Source: Microthyrium microscopicum
Taxonomy: Eukaryota
Length of the DNA stretch: 64,000 nt
Assembly: GCA_010405405.1 (NCBI GenBank)
Contig: MU004238.1
Coordinates: 1,313,530-1,377,529, forward strand
Reading direction: 5' to 3'
The notes under the pieces are model-generated. The model made no database searches, was not told the origin of the DNA, and saw only the letters and a list, made by a program, of their open reading frames with translations. Below are positions 1-11,900 of this stretch, piece by piece (within the stretch, counting starts at the first letter, position 1; every line of letters starts with the position of its first letter). Both the position numbers and the translations under genes were made by a program.

Positions 1-278
1 AGAGCTACTTCTTTAGCTTTAGTATATTCTATAGTTAAGAGAACTAATAAGTTTCTAACTATTATAATTAATAGCTAAGCATACCTCTAAAGTAGCTTAG
101 CTTATAGATAGACTACTCTAGCTTAGAGAAGAACCTTAAAGATTCCTAGGCAATAAGATAAAGGCTAAGGAATTCCTTTATAGTTTCTTAGTAATTACTC
201 CTATTTCTATTTTTATATACCTAATTTATTAAGTATCTTATAACCTTTTTACCTACTCTATAACCCTAATCTCTAATA
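1..278 (+). repeat. 5' LTR of element A (partial)
   Basis: Colinear with 8362-8639 apart from transitions; ends CTAATA (=CTAACA). Confidence 0.9.
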
Positions 279-399
279 TTATAATTACTTCTTACTAATA
301 AAGTACCTATAAAGCTTTTCCTTTAAAATATTATAATTAGTTATAAGTAACGAACTAATAAAACCTAAGGGTAAGGCTCTTAGAGTAAATCTAGTTATA

Positions 400-3300
400 C
401 TAGATATAGCTATACTAACTCTAGTAGGACTAAGTAGCCTTATAGGCAATCCTAATAATATAGAATAAGCCTATCTAGAACTAGTAATAAATATAAAAAA
501 AACACTAGAATAGCTATAAGCTAAAATATAGTAAATACGCAATATACTTAAGATTAAATAACTTAAAGTAATAAAAGTAGCCTATAAACGTAGAGAACTT
601 TGCTTAGTTAAATAGATTAATAAATAGGGTTAATATAATACTAGCTTAGCTATTTTAGCTTATATTAAATATAATAGCTCTAAATTAGCTTATAGTAGTA
701 ATAAATTATAGATATATAAAGCTAAAAGTCTATAAGAATATAAGAATTAGGTCTTTAATATAACTAATATACTTACTATAAAGAAATATAAGGAGGACCT
801 ATACCTAGTAGTTCTCTAAGCCTATAATTACCTTAATAAAGAAGTTATATAACCTACTTAGAATAATTATATTAATTTCTAGACTTAGTTAGCTAAACTA
901 GACTAATATAAACCTACGTAGGCCCTTATAGAATAATAGGCTCTTAAACTCCTTAGTTCGTTTATTAAGAGACGTTATAAAGCCTTCTAGAGCTTCTTAA
1001 TTACTATAATAGAAGAAAAGATCCCCTAAGAATACTTTAATAAGCTTATACTTCTCTTTTATAAGTATAAGATTAATAATATATTAATTTGCTTATTATT
1101 CTTTAGTAATAGACTATCTACTTGCCTTAGAAATAATATAATCTTTAACCTAGACTATATAGTTAAGATAGTTAAAGAAGCTTTATCTTAATATATTTTA
1201 AAGTACTTAAGACTTATTAGTAACTAGAAAATACTAACTACTTCTAAGAAAGATATTAGGAATAGTAAATCCTCTAAATAGCGTTTAATATCTATAGATT
1301 TAGAGGATAAGACTTAATAAGGTTTCTAGAAGAATAAGTTAAAAAAGTCTAGACTAAGCCCTCTTAATAGGGCTTTAAAGCTAGATAAACTAAAGAGTAA
1401 TATAACGCCTAGAGTTAAATAGTTATTCCTTAGTAACCTTAGTAAAAGTAAGTACTAGAACTATACTAAAATAAGCTATATAGCCTATAGCTACCCTAAC
1501 CTAAAGCTAAAGAAGTTAGAAAGAAAAGACTAAACTATAAGGTAGCTAACTAGGACCTTATAGCTTTTATTATAAATAATCTAGTCTTTAACCTCCTTAG
1601 TAACTTCTATAAAGTTATTATTACTTAAGTCCTAGAAGTAGTAAAGAATAAGAGGATTCTAAATAAGAAGGTATACTAATTAAAGAAATTATACTAAATT
1701 ATCTTATAAAAAACTACTTAGAATTAAGTAAGCTAAGATTATATACTATAAAGCATAATAATAGATAGTAAAGCTTATTTTAATATTATAGACTACGCCT
1801 TAGCTAAGAAGCTTTAATTAAAAATATATTATTTCTTAAAAGAGTTAGCTAAGTACCTAAATAGTATACTTATAGCTATTTATAGAGTAGTAACTACTAA
1901 AGTAATAGTAGTTAACTTTAATAAGATCCTAAAGACTAATAAAATATTATTTTATATTATAAACTTACTATACTATATAATTATTATAAGGATACTTTAG
2001 CTTAAGAATTAGAACTCCTTACTAGACTTTAAGGCTAAGACTTTATTCTTTATTTATCTAAAGAATAACTACTATAGTAAGATTAGCTCTATCTTCTTAG
2101 AGGAATTACTTTAATTAGGTTAAGATAAATTTACTTAGCTCTTTAAGTATCTAGTAGGTTTATTAAACTATATTAGCCTATAAAACTTACTATATTACTA
2201 TAAAGAGCTTATAGAAGCCTTTAGTAAAGACAAAGCATAGGATTTAGTAGAATATAGTTTATAGGACTTAGCTATTAACCTTAAGCTAGGTATAAGTATA
2301 CTCTATAGGCCTATTTATAGCCTATTAGAAGTAAAACTAGTTATTTTACGTAAATACCTTAAGAGAGACCTTAAGAAGGGATTTATCTATAAATTTTAGT
2401 CTTTTACTAGAGCTTTAATTATCTTTATAAAGAAGAAGAATAGTACCTTATATCTATATATAGACTATAGAGGCTTAAATAATATTATAATTAAGGACTA
2501 CTATGCTTTACTACTAATTAAAGAGTTATTAAACTAACTATTAAGAGCTAAGCTCTTTATAAGCCTAGATCTCTATAAAGTATACTATTATATTTATATT
2601 TATACTAGTAATAAATAGAAAATAGTATTCTAAACTAAATATAAGTCCTTTAAGTATTAAGTAATACTATTTAAGCTTACTAACGCTTTTATTACCTTTT
2701 AAGTATATATTAACTAAGTTCTATATAGCCTTATTAACGTAACTTATATTATTTATCTTAATAATATCTTTATCTTCTCTAAGAATAAAGAAGATTATAT
2801 TAAGTATATAAAGAAGGTACTTAAAAGACTTATTAAGTTTAAGTTATATACTAAGCTATTAAAGTATAGCTTCTATATAAATTAAACTAAGTACCTTAAG
2901 TACGTTATAACCTTAAATAGTATTATAATAGAATTAGAATAAATTATAATAGTTATAGATTAGCTAATACTATATAATATATATTAAGTAAGAGAGTTTA
3001 TTAGCTTTATAAACTACTATTAATATTTTATTACTAACTTTTTTTATATTATTTTCCTATTAAACTCTTTAATTAAGAAGTTTTTAGGGTAGGCTCTAAA
3101 AGGTTAATAGCTATATAATAAGAAATTAGTTCCTATTAACCTCTCTCCTAAAGCTATTTAATCCTTTAATAACCTAAAGGCTATCTTTATATATACCTTA
3201 ATCTTTACTTACTATAATTCTATATTAAAGACCTATCTAAAGATAAATGCCTCTAAGTAAGTAATCTATAGTATTTTAAGCTAAAAGCAAACTAAGCTAG

Positions 3301-5360
3301 GCTAAGAGAGCTAATAGTAACCTATAGCGTTCTACTTAAGAAAGCTATTAGGACTTAAGAGTTACTATAGAACCCTATAGTAAAAGTTCCTAGCTATTAT
3401 TAACTCTATAAAAGTCTTTTATAAGTATCTATATAGTATTCTAAAGTTCTTAGTCCTAATAGATTATATAAACTTTTATTTACTTAATATATTCTAAAAT
3501 ATCTTTACTATATATATAAGATAGGTAGATTTTCTTACTAAGTTTAAGTTTAATATTAAATACTACCTAGGGAAGATAAACCTTATAAATAGACCTTTAT
3601 AAAGACTAAACTATATCTCTTTAGGTAATATAGAATAGAAAAGAATTATAAATGCCTTATTAAACCTTATCTAAGATAAACTATAACTATTTAAGGTATT
3701 TAAGCTTAATAAAGACCTAATTAGGTTTATTAACGTTTTAGTTATATTTATTAGTACCTTATTATAGTACTTAAGAAATAATTCTTAGGAAGTAGATATT
3801 ATTACTACGTTAAATATATCTAATAGCTTTCTTACTAAGCTAATAAAAGATAAATAAATCTATTTATAGATAGAAGTTACTATAAAGAATAGTAGAGTCT
3901 AAGTTCTTTAATATTTTTATAATAACTTCTTAGAAGAAGGCTATAGAAGCTAACATAAGACGTTAAAGAAGATTTAACGCTATTATACTTAGAATAATAT
4001 TAATAAGAATATCTAAGAGTACTACATAGCCTATTTAGAGTATAAATAAAATACGTCTATTAAATAAGGCTAAAATAGGCTCTTTCTACTCCTACTAGTA
4101 CTAATAGCCCTCTAGAAAGATATTATAGTTAATTTTATTACTAACTTACTCTTAAGTATTTTCTAAAGATAGCTATATAACTTTATTATAGTAGTTATTT
4201 ATAAGCTAACTAAAATAGCTTATTATATACTCTATTATAAAGATATAGATATAAATAATCTTACTAAGCTCTTTTTATATAAGGTAGTATAACTTTATAG
4301 TATACTAAATATAATTATATCTAATAGAGGCTCTATATTTGTCTCTAAGTTCTAAAATATATTCTTCTACTACTTAAAGATCTAATAGAAGCTATTTACT
4401 ACGTTCTAATCTTAGATAGATAAATAAATAAAGCGTTAAAACTAAGAGATTAAGTACTATTTATATATTTACTATAACTAAGAATAGGACAATTAGGCTA
4501 AAAAGCTTAATTTTACTAAGTTTATATATAATAATAATATATATAACTTAACTAGTATTACTCTATTTATAGTATATATAGGTAGATATTTATACGTACT
4601 AAAAGTACCTAAAGAGTATCTAATAAATACTACTTTTAATATAAAGGAACTAATAGAATATATTCTATTTCTCTAAAGAGCCCTTTAAGCTTATTTAGAG
4701 AATATTTAAATTATATAAGCTAAATACTATAATAAAGGCTATAAGGACATTACCTTAAAGGTAAATAACTAAGTTCTACTTAATATAAAGAATATTAGAA
4801 TAGCTAAGTCTAAAAAGAAACTAGATATTAAGTATATAGGCCCTTTTAAAGTAATAAAGATTATTAACTATAATACGTACTATATTAACCTATCTAAAGG
4901 CGCTCTAGTTTATAATATCTTCTATATCTTCTTATTATAATAATATATACTTAATATACGCTTTCTATAATAAATAGTCTTATTTTAAGAAACTTTAGAC
5001 CCTAAAGAGACTAATTACTATAAGGTTAAAGGCGTAATTAAATATAAGGTTAATAAAAATAGTACCTATTATTATAAAGTAAAGTAGAAGAACTACTTTA
5101 TATCTAAAGTAAGCTAGGAACCTACTAGTAACTTCTTCTTAATTACGCTAAAGTATTACTAAGAGAAGTTAAAGAAAAAGGATATTTCTCTAGCTAAATT
5201 AGCTCTAATAAGAGTAACTAAATATAACTTAAAATAACTTAACTTAAATAAACCTTATCTAGAGCCTAAGAAGCTAAGGAGATATCTAAAGAAGCCTTTA
5301 GTACCTACTAAACCTATACTAGCTAAGAAAAGGCTAAATAGACTAAAATAGTTATAATAA
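400..5360 (+). pseudogene. RIP-inactivated gag-pol of element A (PR-RT-RH-IN-chromodomain, AT-hook-like tail)
   Basis: Conserved motifs in Gypsy order, read through RIP-derived stops; boundaries approximate. Confidence 0.85.
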
Positions 5361-5599
5361 GACTTAGAATAAGCCTCTTTTTATAAAGAAGATAAGTATA
5401 AAAGTATAGTTACTTTATAGTATATATAAATATATAATAATAATTTATTTTACTTATAATTAAAATAAGCCTATTTAGATAAAACTAAATAGTACTTAGA
5501 TAGTACTATTATAATACCTTAGAATAAATAAGTTTCTATAGATATATATATAAATATAGTCTAAATAAAAAAGACTTAGAGAAAATTTAGAACTAGATA

Positions 5600-7579
5600 T
5601 AGAACTAATTTTAAACCTAAACTTAAAACTATTAGTATTGCTTTAGCTTTACTTATTAATCTTTAAAGGAGTATCTTTTAAATACTTTAAAATAATAATT
5701 TTAGATTTATAGAGATATATTCCTAAGTACTATCTAGGTTTATAAAAAAGGACTTAGAAATTTAAGAAAGTATTTTATTAAAAGAAACTATCTTATACTA
5801 TTTATATAAATTAGTTTAAATAGAACCTAATAGCTACTAAGTACTAATAAATAGCTTATAATAAACCTAAAATATAACTAACTTTACCTATTAGATACTA
5901 AACGTATTAATTTAATATTAGATATATCTACTAGATACTATATCTACTCTTTAGACTCTTTAGACTCTTTAGACTCTAAATTGTTATCTTTAGAATTAAT
6001 CTAATCTATTATAACTAGATAGTAATAAAGAACTACCTACTTATTTATTCTAAGCTTATACTTATTAATCTAGCTCTAAAGAGTTATAAACTAACCTATA
6101 TTAAAAGCTTTCTCCTTCTTTTTAGTGCTATTAGCTTACTAAGAAGTAAGTATTTTTATAATATTAGTAAGATTACTAATTTAACGTAATAAAGTACTTA
6201 TAACTTAGAATAGAGTTAGTTAGAATTTAAGTAATATAATTAGAGTATTTATACCCTTTTAGCTACTATTTATAAGTAATTTAAATTTATAATAATAAAT
6301 ATAGAGATTATTATAGTACTTAATATAAGTAGTACTAATAATAGCTCTAAGTAAAGCTACTTTAGAGTAATAGATAGCCTTCTTAGTTATAAGGACCTTC
6401 TTACTATTTTTATAATATACTAGTATTATATAGATACTATTATATTTATTCTTAGTAATATTAGAATATAGAGAGAAGGTATTATTTATAGTATTAATAT
6501 AGATATACCTATTTATATTAGTTTAAACCTAAGTATAATAAAAGGATTTACTTATGTCTAGATAGCTTTTATAACGTTCTTATTAGTAATGTAAACTACC
6601 TTTTTAGTATAAAGGAGCTAACCTATATTATACTTACTTAGATTACTATTATAAGTTTACTAGCAAAGTATATAGACCTTTATTACGTTATAATACTTCT
6701 AAAGGAAGTTCTTAGTAATACTCTTCTTATAAAGAATAATCTAAGAAATAATTAGTAATAATTAGATTTAAATTAAATTAATTAGGAATAACTTACTTTA
6801 AAATATTATTAATAGAACTTTATAGTCTTATAGGTTATATAGTAATAACTATCTTAAACCTTAAAGGCTAATACGTAGTCCTTAAAAGCTATATAGTACT
6901 AATCCTTTAAATTAGTATATAAAAAAGTCTTAGTATATACTTTAATATATTACTAATATAGATTAAGTATAAGAAACTATTTAATAATTAACTTAGCCTT
7001 ATTTTTATATAAAATAAACTTATTTATATTAGATAGTTCTATCTTATTATTATTAAAATTATATAAAAGATATTTACTACTTAACTAACTATAATTAATT
7101 AATACGTTATAGATAAAGAAGGTTTAGTATAATTTAAACTAAGCTTAAGTCTTATTAGTACGTATAATACTATTAAAATATATTTACTTTATATTAGGCT
7201 AAGAAAGTTTAGATTTATTATTATAGTTATACTTAGAAGCCTTTCCTTTTTTCTTAGCCTAAATAGTATTCTTTTTAATTTTCTTAAATTTTAAAAGCTC
7301 TAAAGAGGAGTAGTCTAAACTTAATAGTTTAATATAATTATTATTAGTATTAATTTAGGTACTATTAATAAATTTAACCTTATTAGTTACCTTTTTAGTA
7401 GTATTAATATTAATAGAATTAGCTAGTTTTATAATGCTAGTAATTAGAGTCTTTAGTAAAGTAATAGTATCTTTAGAGACCTTAGAGATATCCTTAGAGA
7501 CCTTAGAGGCATTAGATAGAAATAAACTAGGTTTATTTAAAGCCTTATTAGCTTCTACTTTATCCTTTATAGTAGCTAT
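5600..7579 (-). pseudogene. RIPed antisense multi-intron gene of unknown function carried by element A
   Basis: Minus frame from ATA(=ATG) at 7579 has only 3 stops in ~130 codons; exon 6255-6508 has 1 stop in ~85 codons. Intron-like segments at 7139-7187, 6977-7023, 6899-6940, 6741-6796 (GTAAGT..ACTAAT..TAG), 6509-6555 and 6204-6254. Removing 6741-6796 and 6509-6555 joins low-stop frames. Confidence 0.7.
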
Positions 7580-8279
7580 TAGAGAGAATAGATATAAAAA
7601 AATATAAAGTATACTAAGTAGATTTATAAGAAAGCTATTAGTAAAATATTAGGACTACTAGCTAAGACTTATTTTTATACTATAGCCCTATTTATAAAGA
7701 TTAGCTTTACTTAGTTAGCTAAGGTTTACTTAAGTATATATCTTAATTCTATAAAAGTAGAATAAAAAAGAATTAGAAGAAGTATATAATTATAAGATTA
7801 AATATACTTTATTTAATACCCTCTTACCTAATTAGGTTAGTAGAGAGTAAATACTTACTTTATTAAGTACTTCTTATTAAGGAAAGCTTTAATATTAATC
7901 CTTACTATAAGTAAAGATTCTAAAGAGGAAAGTTACCCTTAGTAAGTAATAATCTATAAATTAAGTAGACTTAAGGTAATAGCCTAAGGAAACTTAAAAA
8001 CGCTTAAGTCCCTAATAAACCTAGATAAACCTAAATAAGTACCTAATAGTAACGTTTAGCTTTATAAATTATTATTTAAGAAGTACTCTTTTAAGTAATA
8101 TTTAAAACTAATAATAAGTTTACTAAGATTTACTAAGATTATTATCTAGCTAGTTAGATAGTAGCTAAGTAGTTTATACTATTATAATATAATACGCCTT
8201 AAAGCGTATTAGTACTATTAGAATATAGTTAACTCTTTAGAAATCTATAAGGACGTTTAGGTCCTTATTAGAGAGATAA

Positions 8280-8639
8280 TATTAGGAATTAAACCTAATA
8301 GACTCTTTAAGATAGGTATTATAGCCTAAGTGCCTTAGCCTAATAGCTATTAGAAGCTAGTAGAGCTACTTCTTTAGCTTTAGTATATTCTATAGTTAAG
8401 AGAACTAATAGGTTCCTAATTATTATAATTAGTAGCTAAGCGTACTTCTAAGGTAGCTTAGCTTATAGATAGACTACTCTAACTTAGAGAGAAACCTTAG
8501 AGGTTTTTAGGCAATAAGATAGAGGCTAAGGAATCTCTTTATAGTTCCTTAGTAATTACTCTTATCTCTATTTCTATATACCTAATCTATTAAGTGTCTT
8601 ATAACCTTTTTATCTACTCTATAATCCTAATCTCTAATA
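8280..8639 (+). repeat. 3' LTR of element A (360 bp)
   Basis: Begins TATTAG (=TGTTAG) after purine tract AGAGAGATAA and ends CTAATA; matches 1-278. Confidence 0.85.
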
Positions 8640-8737
8640 GTAGATCTCTATAATCTAATCTAAAAAGTTAACTTTAGTAATACTAGAGACTTTAAGTCTT
8701 ACTAAATTACTAATAGCTTTTTTATGCTAGTACTTAT
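8640..8737 (-). pseudogene. Fragment of pogo/Fot1-like transposase lying between elements A and B
   Basis: Minus frame continues across the CTTAT TSD from F(Q)PYK at 23447-23461 into (H)(W)HKKAI...ITKV(D)FL. Confidence 0.8.
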
Positions 8738-8939
8738 TGTTACGGATCCTCTCCGTTAAGATCTTCTTTGGAGATCTCTAGCATCCTATTACGTGATGCT
8801 AAGGGCTTAGCGCCTAAGGTTTAGCTAGTATAAAGCTTATCTTCTACTAGCCTTAATTCCTCTTCTAGATCCTCTATCTTAGTTTTCTTAAATTATATCT
8901 ATATCTAGATTATACCCTTATATTTATAGCTTCCTAATA
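8738..8939 (+). repeat. 5' LTR of element B
   Basis: TGTTACGG...CTAATA; shares a 1-nt deletion with 23245-23446. Confidence 0.95.
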
Positions 8940-11900
8940 TAAAACTAAGATTAATCTAAACCTAAAATTTTATTTCTAGAAGAGCGTATATTAAAATCGC
9001 TAAAATTAACGATTTGTACGTACTTTGTCCTTTGTTTTAGGCTTCTTAATCTATAAGGATACTAACCTATAAATAAGAGGAAATTACGTATAAAGTATCT
9101 TAGTGTTACGTATAGGCCTTTAAGTAGCTTAATTAGGATAATCTTAGTATCTAACCTTACTAAATTCTTTGTAGTAGCTAAGTTCTATACCTATATCTCT
9201 CTCTCTCTATACCTATAATAATAAACTCTTTAGATAAATTACGTTAGATTACTATACTAGAACTATATTCTAAACTTGCTACTCTAAAGAAATAAATCGT
9301 ATATAAAGCTTTTACTAATTTTTGCGTACTAATACTAAAGATATAAATATATTTAGTATCTCTACCTTATAATATATTGTCTACTATCCCTCTAAATAGC
9401 CCTTAATCTAAGACTTGTTTATAATCTAAAATACGCTAATCTTAGTAAAATATAATATAGTCTACTATATAGGAATCTTACTAAAATACTTTTAATAGTA
9501 ATAATAATAAACTATCTACTTAGACTTAACGTAGTTATTAAGGCGCTCTCTTATTATAACAACTATCTATATTATCTTATCGTCTCTTCCTTATACGTAT
9601 ACCTATTTTCTCTAATATTCTAGAATAACCTAAGAATAGCGCTGCTAGTACTTTTTATAGTTAGCTAAAAGGCAAAACTACTAAACTCTATACTATTAAG
9701 CTATATGCTATAGACTAGACTTAGGTAGAATAAATTGCTCTTTAAGAGTAATACTCTTATTACTTTATAATATACGTTACTATTACCCTAGTAGCGAAAG
9801 ACTATATTATATTAACTTACCTTATATATAACTAAATCTTATTCTAAGCTTAGAAAACCTATAACTTTAATAGAGAAGTAGGCTCTATCTCTATTAATCT
9901 TATAATTGTCTAAATCTTATAGAGCGAGTTATAGCTTAAAATTATTAAAGATAGAGTAGGGTTTATATAAAGTATTAGCTTCTACTTTAATACTTAGTTT
10001 AAGTAATTTTAAAACTATATTAAGTCTATCTAAGTAGCTACTATTATATTTAAAGAGACTTATAAAGATCTATTAGAGTTAGCTACTAAATGCTAATATA
10101 ATAATAAAAGTATTAACGATATTATAACCCTACTAAACGCTACTAAGGCTAAAGTTACTAAATAGGCTATTAAGATTAAGTCCTTAGTTAACTTAGCTAC
10201 TATTACTATAAGCTAACTATATAAGTTAAATAACTACTACTTATACCTTAAAGCTAAAATTATAATCCTTTGCTACAACGCTACTAAATTAGTATAAACT
10301 ACTATACGCCTTTAAGAATTATAAACTAAGAAGTAAACTAAAATTACTTAACTCTAAGCTAAAGTTTAAGACTTAGAAGAGTAACTAAGTAACTTTATCT
10401 ATAATAGTAAAGAATAAATATATTAAATAGATTCTAATAAAGAAGCACCTATAGTACTTTTCTATACTTATTAAATATAAAACTTATAAGTTACTACTAG
10501 CCTTACGCCTACTATCTCTAAAAGATTTACTAGCTTTAAGAACTTATCTAGACGCAAATAGGCTAACCTTAGTAAATATAATAGAAAAAAACATAACCTC
10601 TACCTAGTATAGAAACTAAAGGTAAAGAATTACCTATATTATAAAGCACGCTTATTTCCTTCTAAACTAGTATAAGCTATATAGATCTATAATAAATATA
10701 ATAGCCTTATATTAGGCTTCATTATAGACTATATTTAATATAACGCTAAAAATCTTTATATCTCTATAGCTAAATTCTAGAACGATCTTAACCGCTACTT
10801 TAAAAGAACTAGTAAATATAAGGAAGCTCTCCTCTAGCTATAGAACCTACTTAGTAAGATAAAGAAAACTAACGACCTAAATATATAGCTAGTTAAGTTT
10901 ACTAGTAAGACTAATAGCGTAAATCTCTTTAATAGTAATAAGCTTATATACCTTTATAATATAGTTACTAAAGAATTAATAAGCTACCTATATATAAACA
11001 AAGTAACTAATACTATTAACTATATAGTAGAACTTTACTAAGTTAACTAATTAGCTAATTAAAAGAACCCTAATAATAATAACTATAATAATTATACTAA
11101 TAGTCATAGCGCTAATAAGAACCTTAATAAGAACTAGAAGGATAACTAAAAGCTAATTCCTTACTAAGATAGGAACTTATTTAACTATCTAAAGAAAGAA
11201 GAACGCTATCTTTACTATAGTAAAAAAGGCTATAATCCTTATAATAAGAAAGCTTTCTACAAAGGTAAGGAAGCTCTTTATAAGACTATACTCTAAGCTA
11301 AGCTTATAAGTATCTAAACTTAGTTAAATATACAATACTGCTAACCTTTTGCTAAAGATAAGTAGCCTTAAACTTCCTATAGTGATAAATACTACTAAGG
11401 AAATGAGTAACTCCTTAGTAAGGACACGTAAAGAAGCTAAATAATAAAGAAGCATAAAATAGACGTAGAAAACGTTAAATAAAAGTAGTCTAGGCCTACT
11501 TAAATAAGTCTAAAAATAAGGAAGAACCTTATTATAGTATATTAGTTGTCTATATTTCTATAGCTTACCTACTATCTAATTAATAACTAAAATATAATAT
11601 ACCTAAGATAGGTTAATAATAGAGTACTATAAGTTACGTCTTAATATCTAATAGCGTATATACTAAAGCTAAAGTTCTTATTAATACTAGTAGTAAAGCC
11701 TTTAGTATTATTAACTCTTAATATCTTAAACTCTATAGTATTAAATCTATTAAAATATTACGCCCTTACTAAGTAGAGATAGTAAATAGCTATATAATTG
11801 CTACTATAACTTATATAGCATTTATAACCCTTTATATTAGTACCTATTTTAAATAAGCCTTATGCTTTATTATAGAAATTACTAATTACGATATTATTCT

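Larger units (their letters stand above)
1..8639 (+). mobile_element. Ty3/Gypsy chromovirus LTR retrotransposon A (RIPed; 5' LTR truncated by the window edge)
   Basis: 1-278 matches 8362-8639. Gag zinc-knuckle relic ~1453-1494, RT YLNN(=YLDD)IFIFS ~2750, RNaseH (E)(T)(D)AS ~3240, integrase ~4000-4900, chromodomain YKVK(W)K...S(W)EP ~5010-5135, purine tract before 8280. Confidence 0.9.
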
